Source of the DNA: a virus
Strand: one strand, 5' to 3'
Virus record (IMG/VR): IMGVR_UViG_3300011005_000151
DNA length: 64,000 nt
Below the pieces are notes generated by a model. The model did not search any database. It was not told where the DNA came from and worked only from the letters and a program-made list of their open reading frames with translations. Each line of letters begins with the position of its first letter. Position 1 is the first letter of the stretch. Positions 18,823 through 27,739 of the stretch are shown here, piece by piece. The translations under genes and the position numbers were made by a program.

Positions 18823-18973
18823 TTTGTCGGCTACGTCGTAAAGTTTTGTTTTCTCATATTTATTGAATTTAATTACATAGAAATTCAATAAATACTCGAA
18901 AGGCAAAACTTGTACGCCGACGCTCTTAGCATATCACCCCACTCAATTTGCCAGGTGATATAGATAACACAGC

Positions 18974-18992
18974 GGCGGGGTTTATCCCCGCC
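18974..18992 (+). other. GGCGGGG-tttat-CCCCGCC hairpin 5' of tRNA-Pro, with no T-run
   Basis: TTTAT-loop family. Possibly a processing signal. Confidence 0.4.
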
Positions 18993-18997
18993 AATAT

Positions 18998-19073
18998 CCG
19001 GGTGTAGCTCAGTCGGAAGAGCGCCTGATTTGGGATCAGGAGGCCGCTGGTTCAAGTCCAGTCACTCGGACCA
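18998..19073 (+). tRNA. tRNA-Pro (anticodon TGG)
   Basis: Acceptor CCGGGTG/CACTCGG, D-arm GCTCAGTCGGAAGAGC, anticodon loop TTTGGGA, T-arm GGTTCAAGTCC, CCA encoded. Confidence 0.85.
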
Positions 19074-19122
19074 CGCTCTTTAGGCATGTATATAAAACGA
19101 CAGTTTAGTGAGGAGGTGCGTT

Positions 19123-19920
19123 ATGGCAGAAATCATTGATATCAGTAAGTTCCAGACATATACTGCGGAAATCAATGTAAACAAGCTCAGGCCGGATCTT
19201 ATCAGCCCAGCCAAGGAGTTCGTTGAGTGCGATGTCGCGCCGAATCATACATCTGAACCCATCAAGAAGATGGAGGATATCGACCGGATCACCAATTATC
19301 TGATCGAGCACAATAGATGGCGTGACAATATGCTGTTTATCGTCGGTATTAATTTTGGTTTGCGAGTCGGGGATCTTCTGCAGCTCCGGTTTTGTAATCT
19401 GATAAACGACAACATGACTTTCAAGGATACGTTCCCTGTTTTTGAGCAAAAGACGCGGAACACGAGAAAGCGGAAAAAGAACCGATATATCACAGTCAAT
19501 TTCGCGGTCAAAGAAGCGGTCGTGTTATATCTGGAGCATGTAAAAAATGTATCTTTGAGCGACTATATGTTCCGAAGCGAGTCAAATAACGGGAAGTTCT
19601 ATAATGAACCGATGAGCAGAACAACGGTACACACAATGCTGAAGGGCATTGCAAAAGATCTTAATTTGAATATCCAGATATCGTCCCACACTCTGCGGAA
19701 AACATTTGCGTATCACCAGATGGTCATGTCTGACAACGATCCGCGCAAGCTCATGCTTCTGTCCAAGATGCTAAACCACAGTTCGGTGTATCAGACTTTG
19801 GATTATATCGGAATCACGGCAGAGGAAATTCACGATGCGTACCTTGCGCTTAATCTAGGCAGCTCCAGGAATTATCTTGCCGGCAGTCAGCTTGTTGAAA
19901 TGGAGGAGGAATCTGCATAA
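19123..19920 (+). CDS. small tyrosine recombinase (phage integrase/XerD-like)
   Basis: HTLRKTFAYH...LNHSSVYQTLDYIG catalytic-region motifs. AGGAGGTG RBS. Lies adjacent to tRNA-Pro. Confidence 0.7.
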   Translation: MAEIIDISKFQTYTAEINVNKLRPDLISPAKEFVECDVAPNHTSEPIKKMEDIDRITNYLIEHNRWRDNMLFIVGINFGLRVGDLLQLRFCNLINDNMTFKDTFPVFEQKTRNTRKRKKNRYITVNFAVKEAVVLYLEHVKNVSLSDYMFRSESNNGKFYNEPMSRTTVHTMLKGIAKDLNLNIQISSHTLRKTFAYHQMVMSDNDPRKLMLLSKMLNHSSVYQTLDYIGITAEEIHDAYLALNLGSSRNYLAGSQLVEMEEESA

Positions 19921-20261
19921 TGAGCGCAGACGAATTTTGGGATCTATTCACAAAACGCGAGCTTTGCGTGCATGTCAGATCCAGAGAGGAAAAGATAGAT
20001 TTTGCGAAAGTCGTTCGCGACCACGGCTTACCACTAGGGGGATTTGTTTCCGAGCTTATATCTGGTGGCAAGACGGGTGGTTGGGGCGGTATATATGCCT
20101 ATATGAGCCTTTATGACAGCCCGCCATATTTGACGGCATGTTGCGCTATCCCCAAGTATAATGATATTGAGATGGGTGTTATACAATATGACGAGGCAAT
20201 AGAGATCATTAATGATGCCCAGGAATACGATTATGACATTGACCTTGAATTGCTGATATAA
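19920..20261 (+). CDS. hypothetical protein
   Basis: ORF with overlapping start TAATG. Confidence 0.45.
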   Translation: MSADEFWDLFTKRELCVHVRSREEKIDFAKVVRDHGLPLGGFVSELISGGKTGGWGGIYAYMSLYDSPPYLTACCAIPKYNDIEMGVIQYDEAIEIINDAQEYDYDIDLELLI

Positions 20262-20270
20262 AGGGGAAAA

Positions 20271-20408
20271 ATGAACAAAGATGAGTTTTTAGAGCAATTT
20301 ATCGCCGGTAAAATTGGCATTTTGTGCGAGGATTTGGGCGAGAAAACGCAGGTCGTAGAGTGGTTTGGAGCAACGGCCTTGAATTGGCAGACCATCTCAA
20401 GGACTTGA
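20271..20408 (+). CDS. small hypothetical protein
   Basis: AAAGGGGAAAA RBS before ATG. Overlaps the next gene in another frame. Confidence 0.3.
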   Translation: MNKDEFLEQFIAGKIGILCEDLGEKTQVVEWFGATALNWQTISRT

Positions 20409-20602
20409 TAGAATATGGCTATGGGAGTGATCCTGCTTTCCCATACGTGTTTTATGACAAACATGTAAACACTTGTAGATACAGATATATTGAGAAATAT
20501 AGGTTATCCGTCATTGATTTCGACGAGTTCAATCGCATCGTTTCCGATGGAGAAGCGGAGAACGCCGCCGAGTTTGACGATATGCTCGACGCTTTGATAT
20601 GA
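20384..20602 (+). CDS. small hypothetical protein (TTG start); alternatively a frameshifted continuation of the previous gene
   Basis: Product has protein-like composition. GGAG lies 11 nt upstream. Confidence 0.3.
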   Translation: MADHLKDLIEYGYGSDPAFPYVFYDKHVNTCRYRYIEKYRLSVIDFDEFNRIVSDGEAENAAEFDDMLDALI

Positions 20603-20612
20603 GGTAGATCCA

Positions 20613-20828
20613 ATGAAAGTATGGTTGGTTATCAAGTCATTTCCGTATCTCGACCTTGTTGATGACGACCTGAGAATCCACAGTTGGGATGTCGGTATCG
20701 TGGAAAGTGTCCGCAAAACTCGGAAAAATGCGGAGGATTACGCAAATAAACTGCGCGAGGAAAACCGAAATGATATCGACGCAGACCCTATTGAGGTTAC
20801 AGTGGTTCCGTGGGAGGTTGAGGAATGA
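20613..20828 (+). CDS. hypothetical protein
   Basis: ORF with RBS. Confidence 0.45.
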   Translation: MKVWLVIKSFPYLDLVDDDLRIHSWDVGIVESVRKTRKNAEDYANKLREENRNDIDADPIEVTVVPWEVEE

Positions 20829-21043
20829 GCGGATATAATCCGGATGAGTTTTTCAGCGCCGAGCGTTCATCCAATACCGTGTGGGTCGTGACCTGCGATG
20901 ATGAGGTAGTCGGCGTTTTCGCCAATGAAGAAAAGGCTCGGGCTGTTCAGGAGAAAATGGTCGGTGTCAACATCCATAACATCTCGGTTTTCGGATGTGA
21001 CCCGATTGCAGTCGCAGTCACAGAATGCGAGTTAATCAGGTAG
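20825..21043 (+). CDS. hypothetical protein
   Basis: GGAGGTTGAGGA RBS. Overlapping ATGA. Confidence 0.45.
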   Translation: MSGYNPDEFFSAERSSNTVWVVTCDDEVVGVFANEEKARAVQEKMVGVNIHNISVFGCDPIAVAVTECELIR

Positions 21044-21058
21044 GTAAAGGAGATATCT

Positions 21059-21214
21059 ATGAACATTGCGTTTTGGGTTATTGTCGTCGCGGCTTTGGCG
21101 CTGATCTGGCTTCTGTTCGCACCGTCGTATAAGAAGATCGGGCAGTTCTGGAAGGGTTTGTTCGACGACGCAAAGAGGGAAATGTCCGACGATGAGTCGG
21201 ATAAATATAACTAA
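21059..21214 (+). CDS. small single-pass membrane protein (51 aa)
   Basis: AAAGGAGA RBS. Hydrophobic N-terminus. Lies directly upstream of the SPFH gene. Confidence 0.4.
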   Translation: MNIAFWVIVVAALALIWLLFAPSYKKIGQFWKGLFDDAKREMSDDESDKYN

Positions 21215-21231
21215 GAAAGAAGGACAAGTAT

Positions 21232-22155
21232 TTGAACAAAGGTAAAATTGGTGCAATTCTCGTCGCAATCATCCTCGTCATCGCGCTGATCTGTGTTGTG
21301 GCGTGCCTCGAAAAGGTTCCTGCCGGTTACGTCGGTGTCGTGTATAACATGAACGGCGGCGTGGATGGCGAGATCCTGACACAGGGATGGCATATCGTCA
21401 GCCCGACGAAGAAGATTACCGAGTATTCTATCGGCATCGAACAGTCGTATCTTACCGCAAAGGACGAGGGTGATTCACCGAAGGATGACAGCTTCGAGGT
21501 CCCGTCTTCCGATGGTAAGGGGCTGAAGGTCGAGCTGACGTTTACATACCGGTACGACGTTGATACTGTCGCCAACACGTTTACCAGATTCAAGGGTCAG
21601 TCAGGCAGAGAGATCCTAACATCTTTTATCAAGCCGAACATTATCTCGTGGACGAAGGAAGTGACATCCCGTTATCCTGTTACGGAAATTCTCGGTGACA
21701 AACGCGCCTCTCTGAACGCGGAACTCTCTGAGTATCTGCACGCCAAGTTTGAGTCTTACGGAATCGTAATCGAGTCTGTTTCTCTGATCGATATCAATCC
21801 GGACGAAGAGACTCGCAGCGCTATCCAGAAGAAGGTAACGGCTCAGCAGGAATATGAGCTTGCCAATATCGAGGCTCAGACCGCGATGGTACAGGCTGAA
21901 AAGGAACGTCAGGTCGCCGAAGTGAATGCTGCCAAGGCTGTGATCGAAGCAAACGCGGAAGCGGAAGTCGTGCGTATCGCGGCACAGGCCGAGGCTGAAG
22001 CGAACCGGGAAATTGCCGCATCCCTGACGCCGGAACTGATCGAAAAGATTATGTATGAACGCTGGGACGGTGAGCTTCCCAAAGTTTCTACCGGGAGCGA
22101 TTCTGGGACAATTGTTAGTGTCGGAGAAATCTTCGGCTCTGGCGAACTCAATTAA
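21232..22155 (+). CDS. SPFH/band-7 (stomatin/HflC-like) domain protein
   Basis: N-terminal transmembrane segment, PAGYVGVV...GWHIV SPFH core, and an Ala/Glu-rich coiled-coil tail. Confidence 0.75.
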   Translation: MNKGKIGAILVAIILVIALICVVACLEKVPAGYVGVVYNMNGGVDGEILTQGWHIVSPTKKITEYSIGIEQSYLTAKDEGDSPKDDSFEVPSSDGKGLKVELTFTYRYDVDTVANTFTRFKGQSGREILTSFIKPNIISWTKEVTSRYPVTEILGDKRASLNAELSEYLHAKFESYGIVIESVSLIDINPDEETRSAIQKKVTAQQEYELANIEAQTAMVQAEKERQVAEVNAAKAVIEANAEAEVVRIAAQAEAEANREIAASLTPELIEKIMYERWDGELPKVSTGSDSGTIVSVGEIFGSGELN

Positions 22156-22160
22156 ACACA

Positions 22161-22180
22161 ACGGCGGGTTTTTCCGCCGT
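22161..22180 (+). other. ACGGCGG-gttttt-CCGCCGT hairpin 5' of tRNA-Thr
   Basis: Same hairpin family. Confidence 0.4.
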
Positions 22181-22185
22181 CTTAT

Positions 22186-22261
22186 GCTGGCGTAGCTCAG
22201 TCGGTAGAGCAACGCACCTGTAATGCGTAGGTCGGGAGTTCGAGTCTCCCCGCCAGCTCCA
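22186..22261 (+). tRNA. tRNA-Thr (anticodon TGT)
   Basis: Acceptor GCTGGCG/CGCCAGC, anticodon stem ACGCA/TGCGT with loop CCTGTAA, T-arm GGGAGTTCGAGTCTCCC, CCA encoded. Confidence 0.75.
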
Positions 22262-22283
22262 AAACTCATGCGAAGGAGGCAAC

Positions 22284-22691
22284 ATGAAGTATTTAGTCGT
22301 TGAGGTAACGAACGATAAAATTGAAGCTATAAGTAATCATCCTAGCGGTATATATATGACAGGCGAGTACGATGTTGTCGTATCTGCACAGAGTGCGAGT
22401 ATAGTTTTTGATAAATTTAAAGATGCGTACAACAAAGCGGAAGAATTGGCTAATAAAGCATACAATCTTATCGCTAATAACCCAGGCTTGAACGAAGGAT
22501 GGACCCCATATATTATGCCGGGGTATAGCGAGGTTGGAGTTTCTCATTGGCTGGAAGATAAGATAATTGACACACCTGTATGGTTGGTAATTTACGAGAT
22601 TATCAGTATTCCAGAAACAGAAAAAGATCTTGCCGATCTTAGAAGAAAATCAATTTTTAGTTTAATGGAATTGGAAAATGAGAATAAATGA
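22284..22691 (+). CDS. hypothetical protein
   Basis: GAAGGAGG RBS. Confidence 0.5.
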   Translation: MKYLVVEVTNDKIEAISNHPSGIYMTGEYDVVVSAQSASIVFDKFKDAYNKAEELANKAYNLIANNPGLNEGWTPYIMPGYSEVGVSHWLEDKIIDTPVWLVIYEIISIPETEKDLADLRRKSIFSLMELENENK

Positions 22692-23244
22692 TTGCCCGGT
22701 ATGTGGCAGAAAGCCAACAATCAGAGATTGTGTGCCGTTTTCCGACGGTACACGCAGAAGGTTGTGCGGATGCCCAAGGTATTGCTCGGTGATTCCATCT
22801 ACGTTGAGTCATCTTAATACCGCGTGGTTTATGTATAACGGCGAAGGGGATGACAATGCGATTTTTAAACTTTGGAATCTCGCAACAGACAGATGGAAGA
22901 AGAACAAGGAATTAGACTGGTTCGACTGGGACTGGTCGCCATGGAGTGACAACGAACATCTAAGTTGTGGATGCGACGTTTCGGATATTGCGGTGTATCC
23001 GTACGATCCGATCAGAGGAGGTAACAATATGAGAGATGCAAATAGAATAGACCGTTTTTGTGACGAACTGAAGGCTATCTGGCATTGCGTCCCGGACTGG
23101 CGATTCGGCCAGCTTATGAGCAACATGCTCGGCGCGTATGTCGGGGAAACCGGCAAAGATATTTTCTTCCCGGAAGACGATGAAATGTTTGAGTTTTTCG
23201 CCAAGTACGTACACGGGAATTCTCCGTTGGTGAAGCCGGAATAA
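22678..23244 (+). CDS. Cys-rich hypothetical protein, possibly two fused small genes
   Basis: N-terminal CPVCG zinc-ribbon-like region. Loose resemblance to Lar-type restriction-alleviation proteins. Confidence 0.4.
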   Translation: MRINDCPVCGRKPTIRDCVPFSDGTRRRLCGCPRYCSVIPSTLSHLNTAWFMYNGEGDDNAIFKLWNLATDRWKKNKELDWFDWDWSPWSDNEHLSCGCDVSDIAVYPYDPIRGGNNMRDANRIDRFCDELKAIWHCVPDWRFGQLMSNMLGAYVGETGKDIFFPEDDEMFEFFAKYVHGNSPLVKPE

Positions 23245-23428
23245 ACGGTTAGTGCCAAACATTTCGAGCCATTCATAATGGTTCTGGGTATAAAGGGTAA
23301 ATGATGTGGAATCCATAGCGTGTCCACCTTCTGGGCGCACCGTAACAGCCGGGCTATAAGAAATGCAGCCGAAGACCGTTGCAAGCCGGTTGGGAGTGTG
23401 CTAAACTAAAATTATAGGAGGAATTGCT

Positions 23429-23605
23429 ATGGAAACCTATTATCGTGTTTTGGATGAATTCGTCGATGCATGGTATGGCAATGCCGGAACGGACGAAATC
23501 AACGCCGCACAGTCCGCAGGCATTGGTGTTGATGAAATCAAGCGTCTGTCTTCCGAGTGGGGCATTCCGGTCGAGGAACTTATGAAACAGGTTGAAGCGA
23601 TCTAA
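23429..23605 (+). CDS. small hypothetical protein (58 aa)
   Basis: ATAGGAGGAA RBS. Confidence 0.4.
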   Translation: METYYRVLDEFVDAWYGNAGTDEINAAQSAGIGVDEIKRLSSEWGIPVEELMKQVEAI

Positions 23606-23622
23606 TTAAACGGAGGTTTTAT

Positions 23623-23817
23623 ATGGTAACAAATGAATTTGGCATTGAGATTGACTATGAAGTTGCCGTCAACCTTATGGATGATGATCTCCGGGAAGAG
23701 CTTCACGCAAGTCTCGCGCCATGCACCAACCAGGAATTCTTTGACGCCTATGCCGAGGCGTTTGAGAAAAAAATTGGCGAGACCTGGGAACTTGCCAAAG
23801 CGAATCCTGTATACTGA
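23623..23817 (+). CDS. small hypothetical protein
   Basis: ACGGAGG RBS. Confidence 0.4.
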   Translation: MVTNEFGIEIDYEVAVNLMDDDLREELHASLAPCTNQEFFDAYAEAFEKKIGETWELAKANPVY

Positions 23818-23900
23818 TTGATTCTTACAACTGAATTGCTTGCAACACATCCGTCAAGGGTGTGTTGTATTTTTTTTGGCGAACTTGATGAGGTATAACA

Positions 23901-24038
23901 ATGAAAGAGTTTATGGTTGAACTGACGTGCACCATGCGTATCGAGGCAGAGAACGAGGACGAGGCCGTTGAGATAGCTCGTGATAATATGGAAATCGACT
24001 ACCTGTATGCTTATGTAGACGGTCACGATTACGGATAA
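23901..24038 (+). CDS. small hypothetical protein (45 aa)
   Basis: ATG with GAGG upstream. Confidence 0.3.
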   Translation: MKEFMVELTCTMRIEAENEDEAVEIARDNMEIDYLYAYVDGHDYG

Positions 24039-24044
24039 AGGGGT

Positions 24045-24323
24045 ATGATGGTGTCTAAAATTGATATCCAACTACCAAATGGCTATCATTTGGTTGCAGA
24101 GCAGAATTCAGATCCAAAGTATTGTAATGAGCTTTTTATTGGCATAACTGATGGTAATGGCGTTTGGTGGCAGGATCTTGCTGTCGTTCGTAACGCTTAT
24201 GTATACGACGGTGATGAAGTTGTTTGGAAAGATGATGAGTTTGATGTTCTGGTTTATGGGAATGAGAACGATGAGGATTTCACAAACGAATATACCGTTG
24301 GTTTATACCATGGCGGTATTTGA
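24045..24323 (+). CDS. hypothetical protein
   Basis: ORF ending in the TGAAAGG junction motif. Confidence 0.45.
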   Translation: MMVSKIDIQLPNGYHLVAEQNSDPKYCNELFIGITDGNGVWWQDLAVVRNAYVYDGDEVVWKDDEFDVLVYGNENDEDFTNEYTVGLYHGGI

Positions 24324-24407
24324 AAGGCTGGAAGCGATAATGAGGTTCTTCTCGACGCGGAGATTTACACGATCTGCGCAAGAGAGGATCAATGAAAGGA
24401 ACCTTTT

Positions 24408-24581
24408 ATGGAACATGATTATCACTTTGGGGATAAAGTCGTATACACCTCTCCAATGGTTCAAGGGCTTGAGACACCTTGTATTTTTGTGAGAGATGAC
24501 GATGGTAAGGCGGTTGTGATTTTTCAACACGCCGAGTGGGTCGCTCGTGTTAATTATGGCCTGCTCTTCCGGCAGGAATGA
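24408..24581 (+). CDS. small hypothetical protein (57 aa)
   Basis: Junction motif AATGAAAGGAACCTTTTATG before the start. Confidence 0.35.
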   Translation: MEHDYHFGDKVVYTSPMVQGLETPCIFVRDDDGKAVVIFQHAEWVARVNYGLLFRQE

Positions 24582-24596
24582 AAGAGGGCTTTTATT

Positions 24597-24812
24597 ATGA
24601 GTTTGCTGACACGAATTGATAGATGGTTGACGCTGCACCCAAAGATTCTTCCATGCAGATGTGGTTATCCGTATGACCCAATTCTTCGTATGGTTGGCGA
24701 TAATAAGCAACTGTGCGCGTATTATTGCCCTCAGTGCGCCGCTAATGCTCTTCCACATGGAAGGCGTACCGAACGCGGAGCTCGCGTTGAGTGGAACAAG
24801 ATTCAGAAATGA
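24597..24812 (+). CDS. small Cys4 zinc-ribbon protein
   Basis: Two CxxC pairs. Junction motif TGAAAGAGGGCTTTTATTATG upstream. Confidence 0.5.
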   Translation: MSLLTRIDRWLTLHPKILPCRCGYPYDPILRMVGDNKQLCAYYCPQCAANALPHGRRTERGARVEWNKIQK

Positions 24813-24827
24813 AAGGCGATTTTTATA

Positions 24828-25064
24828 ATGAAGCGTGGAACTGACCACACATGGGTTATTAATAGATATAAAGGTGACTTGATGCTTTATGCCCATTGTA
24901 GGTGTGGCTTTGAATATGGATGTTCGCAGAGCCGCAGGAATCAAGACGGAACGTGGTCTTTTGAACAAGAGATTCACAACTTGTTTAACTACTGTCCATC
25001 ATGCGGGGCCAGGAAGAAGTGGATGACAGAGACGAACCGCGTAGATAGGATAAGGTGGGGATGA
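24828..25064 (+). CDS. small zinc-ribbon protein
   Basis: CRCG...CPSCG motifs. Junction motif upstream. Confidence 0.5.
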   Translation: MKRGTDHTWVINRYKGDLMLYAHCRCGFEYGCSQSRRNQDGTWSFEQEIHNLFNYCPSCGARKKWMTETNRVDRIRWG

Positions 25065-25076
25065 AAGGATATTTTT

Positions 25077-25439
25077 ATGTGGCGATCAACTAAATGCAGC
25101 TACTGTGGTAGGCGAATCCAAGTCAATATCCCTGAGCTATATCGAAATTCGATCAAGTCGCTAAATGGATATGCATGTTACCGATGCGTACCGGCAGACA
25201 GCGGAGCGAGAAATGGGATTGATGAATCGGCATTGCCAGTTCGTGAGATATATGAGATTGATTCAAGTGATTATGAGATCTACTATGGTAAGTATGCCGA
25301 CCTTATCAAACGTCTTGAAGATTATTCGGCGGCAAGACAATGCCATGGCGGTATATCAGCGGAAGCCGCAGACGCAATTAAAGAGCTATGTTCTAACATA
25401 GATGAACTAGAAGATATGTGCGGTATTTTAGACCCTTGA
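25077..25439 (+). CDS. small protein with N-terminal zinc ribbon
   Basis: CSYCG...CYRC motifs. Junction motif upstream. Confidence 0.5.
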   Translation: MWRSTKCSYCGRRIQVNIPELYRNSIKSLNGYACYRCVPADSGARNGIDESALPVREIYEIDSSDYEIYYGKYADLIKRLEDYSAARQCHGGISAEAADAIKELCSNIDELEDMCGILDP

Positions 25440-25455
25440 ATGAAAGAAGATTTTT

Positions 25456-25809
25456 ATGTTTCGGGTAATTGTCGCAGGCGGTCGTGACTTCGACGACTAT
25501 GATTTGCTAGAAGCCAAGATGGACTATCTGCTGCAAAACAAAACAGAGAGCATCGTGGTTGTGTGCGGAGAGGCGCGGGGTGCTGATAGTTTGGGAAAAC
25601 GCTATGCGAAAGAACACGGCTATAAGATTCATTCGTTTCCGGCTGATTGGGAAACCAATGGTAAACGCGCTGGTTTTATCCGCAACGTCGAAATGGCTGA
25701 GAACGCAGACGCTCTTGTCGCTTTCTGGGATGGTCAAAGCAAAGGAACGAAGCACATGATCGATACAGCAAAGACACATGGGCTTGAAGTAAGGATTATC
25801 TATTACTGA
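25456..25809 (+). CDS. SLOG-superfamily (DprA/LOG-like Rossmann, DUF2493-like) protein
   Basis: VIVAGGRDFDD...VVVCGEARGADSLGKRYA...ALVAFWDGQSKGT pattern. Confidence 0.5.
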   Translation: MFRVIVAGGRDFDDYDLLEAKMDYLLQNKTESIVVVCGEARGADSLGKRYAKEHGYKIHSFPADWETNGKRAGFIRNVEMAENADALVAFWDGQSKGTKHMIDTAKTHGLEVRIIYY

Positions 25810-25821
25810 TGAAAGAGGTTT

Positions 25822-26187
25822 TTGGCAATGCCGGAATACATAGATAAAGAATATTTGCGAGGATGGACGCTCATTCCACCACAGACACCAAGCGGGAAAC
25901 TGATTCCGTATAGTGTTGATGATATTCCTAGCGCAAAGATTGAAAATCCATTTGTGCGTCAATGGAATTGGTGCTACGAGTGTCTGCCTCCAGAAGAAGA
26001 TTATGTACAATTATTGTGCTTGGATGAACATGGAGACAGACCGTGGACGTATACCACTTTTGGCTGGAGGATAGATAAATACTGGATTGCCGAAAATAAT
26101 TTGTGCAGCGATCATGTTGTTGCGTGGCAGTATCCAATGAATCCATTGAGCGAAGCGCTTGTACTAGAGAAGCTCAAGAAGAAATGA
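25822..26187 (+). CDS. hypothetical protein
   Basis: ORF. Stop overlaps the next start within AAATGAAAG. Confidence 0.45.
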   Translation: MAMPEYIDKEYLRGWTLIPPQTPSGKLIPYSVDDIPSAKIENPFVRQWNWCYECLPPEEDYVQLLCLDEHGDRPWTYTTFGWRIDKYWIAENNLCSDHVVAWQYPMNPLSEALVLEKLKKK

Positions 26188-26627
26188 AAGAGAATTTTGA
26201 TTCTATGTCTGAAGCACCATCAGAAAAACAACTCAAAGTCATTGGTTATATCGAATGGAACCTTGGCGTGAAGTTCACCGGTACGACAAAACACGACGCG
26301 CAAAAGTTTATTTCCGATCATATTGAAAACTCTAAGAATGCCAGACATGATGCCATGATGCGCGTTTACAACGCACGGTGTAATCGGGAAATCAAAGACT
26401 TCATACACAAATTCCGCGATACATTCCAACCACGCCAGAGTACAGCCGATATAAGACGCCAGCGAGAGGAAGCAAGACAACAACGTTACGAAGAATACAT
26501 TGAAGATGCATCGTTGGCATATGTAAACGATGACGACGATGGCTTTGGCGGATTCGCTGCGGATCGAGCTGCCAGACGAGCAATGCCGTATGATGAGTTT
26601 TGCCGATGGCACGACTGGGGAGGTTAA
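26184..26627 (+). CDS. hypothetical protein
   Basis: Internal ATG of ORF 26103, placed in the junction motif. Confidence 0.45.
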   Translation: MKENFDSMSEAPSEKQLKVIGYIEWNLGVKFTGTTKHDAQKFISDHIENSKNARHDAMMRVYNARCNREIKDFIHKFRDTFQPRQSTADIRRQREEARQQRYEEYIEDASLAYVNDDDDGFGGFAADRAARRAMPYDEFCRWHDWGG

Positions 26628-26637
26628 GAACACGTAA

Positions 26638-26868
26638 ATGAAAGTGGATTTTAATATGGATGTAGATAGATTGGCGACTTTGCTGTCGGTATGTCCAGAC
26701 GCAGAGTACGGTTGTTCTCAATGCGAGCTTCAAGCAGATCTGAGATGCCGGGAATCTCTAATGCGCGAAGCTGCTAGCGTTATAGAACGACAAAAACTGC
26801 AACTAAAAGAATGGGATAAATTTACTCCATTCCTTGCCTCGCATGGGATGCTTGAATATGTGGAATAA
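26638..26868 (+). CDS. small hypothetical protein
   Basis: Junction motif AAATGAAAGTGGATTTTAATATG. Confidence 0.45.
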   Translation: MKVDFNMDVDRLATLLSVCPDAEYGCSQCELQADLRCRESLMREAASVIERQKLQLKEWDKFTPFLASHGMLEYVE

Positions 26869-26880
26869 AAAGGGATTTTT

Positions 26881-27105
26881 ATGATGGATGAACATGAGTA
26901 TTGTAGAAATTGCCTAAAGCAGTCTGGGTGCAAAGACTGGCGCAATGTTATACATGGATGTCCAGACTTTCAAAGCAAATCCTCTCGATGCACCAGGAAG
27001 CATCTTTACGGAGCAGTTCATCGAATCGTATTGGAAACTGTAATGAAAGTGAAATTTCATAAGGAGGAATTATCGTGCGTAAAATCGGCGTCACAATGGA
27101 GATAA
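26881..27105 (+). CDS. small Cys-rich protein
   Basis: AAAGGGATTTTTATGATG junction before the start. Confidence 0.45.
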   Translation: MMDEHEYCRNCLKQSGCKDWRNVIHGCPDFQSKSSRCTRKHLYGAVHRIVLETVMKVKFHKEELSCVKSASQWR

Positions 27106-27302
27106 CGAAACGCCTTTATCGTGAGTACGTTATCACAGACGAGCAGTTTGAAGAATTAAAAGAATGTTCAAGCCTCCGGGAAACAATCGGAGGGGATGCC
27201 TTCAATGATCTTGTACACGATGTGTCCGAGAACGGAGACTATGAATCGGATTATGCCGTAACTGATGAAGATGGCGTTACCATTCTTGATTGGGACATAT
27301 AA
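27075..27302 (+). CDS. small hypothetical protein (GTG start)
   Basis: AAGGAGGAA RBS before GTG. Confidence 0.4.
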   Translation: MRKIGVTMEITKRLYREYVITDEQFEELKECSSLRETIGGDAFNDLVHDVSENGDYESDYAVTDEDGVTILDWDI

Positions 27303-27324
27303 AACAAACATTTCATAGGAGGTT

Positions 27325-27507
27325 TTGGAGAATATGAAAGCTATCAATATCAAGTGGGACGTTGACTGCCCGGAAGATTTGGAAAATCTGCCGGAAGAAA
27401 TCGAAATTCCTGATGATCTTCTTGACTACGAGTATGAGGATGAAACCAGCGATTACATTACAGATTTGACCGGGTTTTGTCATTACGGCTTTGATCTGGT
27501 GGACTAA
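27325..27507 (+). CDS. small acidic protein
   Basis: TAGGAGG RBS. Confidence 0.4.
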   Translation: MENMKAINIKWDVDCPEDLENLPEEIEIPDDLLDYEYEDETSDYITDLTGFCHYGFDLVD

Positions 27508-27571
27508 CAGATAAAACAATCTTTTGAAGACTAGAAAGAAATATAGAATGAAAGTAAAGGAGCGGATGGCT

Positions 27572-27739
27572 AATGCCGTTGAAGATTGAACGAGATCTTG
27601 AGTTCTTGGATTCTCTCATCCAGAAAGCTGTAGAGAAAAAGTGCGAGATCCATATCGAAATCACACCGGAAAACGAGACAATCACAATCAGTCCATGGGA
27701 GGCGTTCAGCTACATGTGCCCGTATAGGAGAGAGGCATG
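27572..27739 (+). CDS. small hypothetical protein (55 aa)
   Basis: AAGGAGCGG RBS. Overlaps the pnkp-like start by ATGA. Confidence 0.3.
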
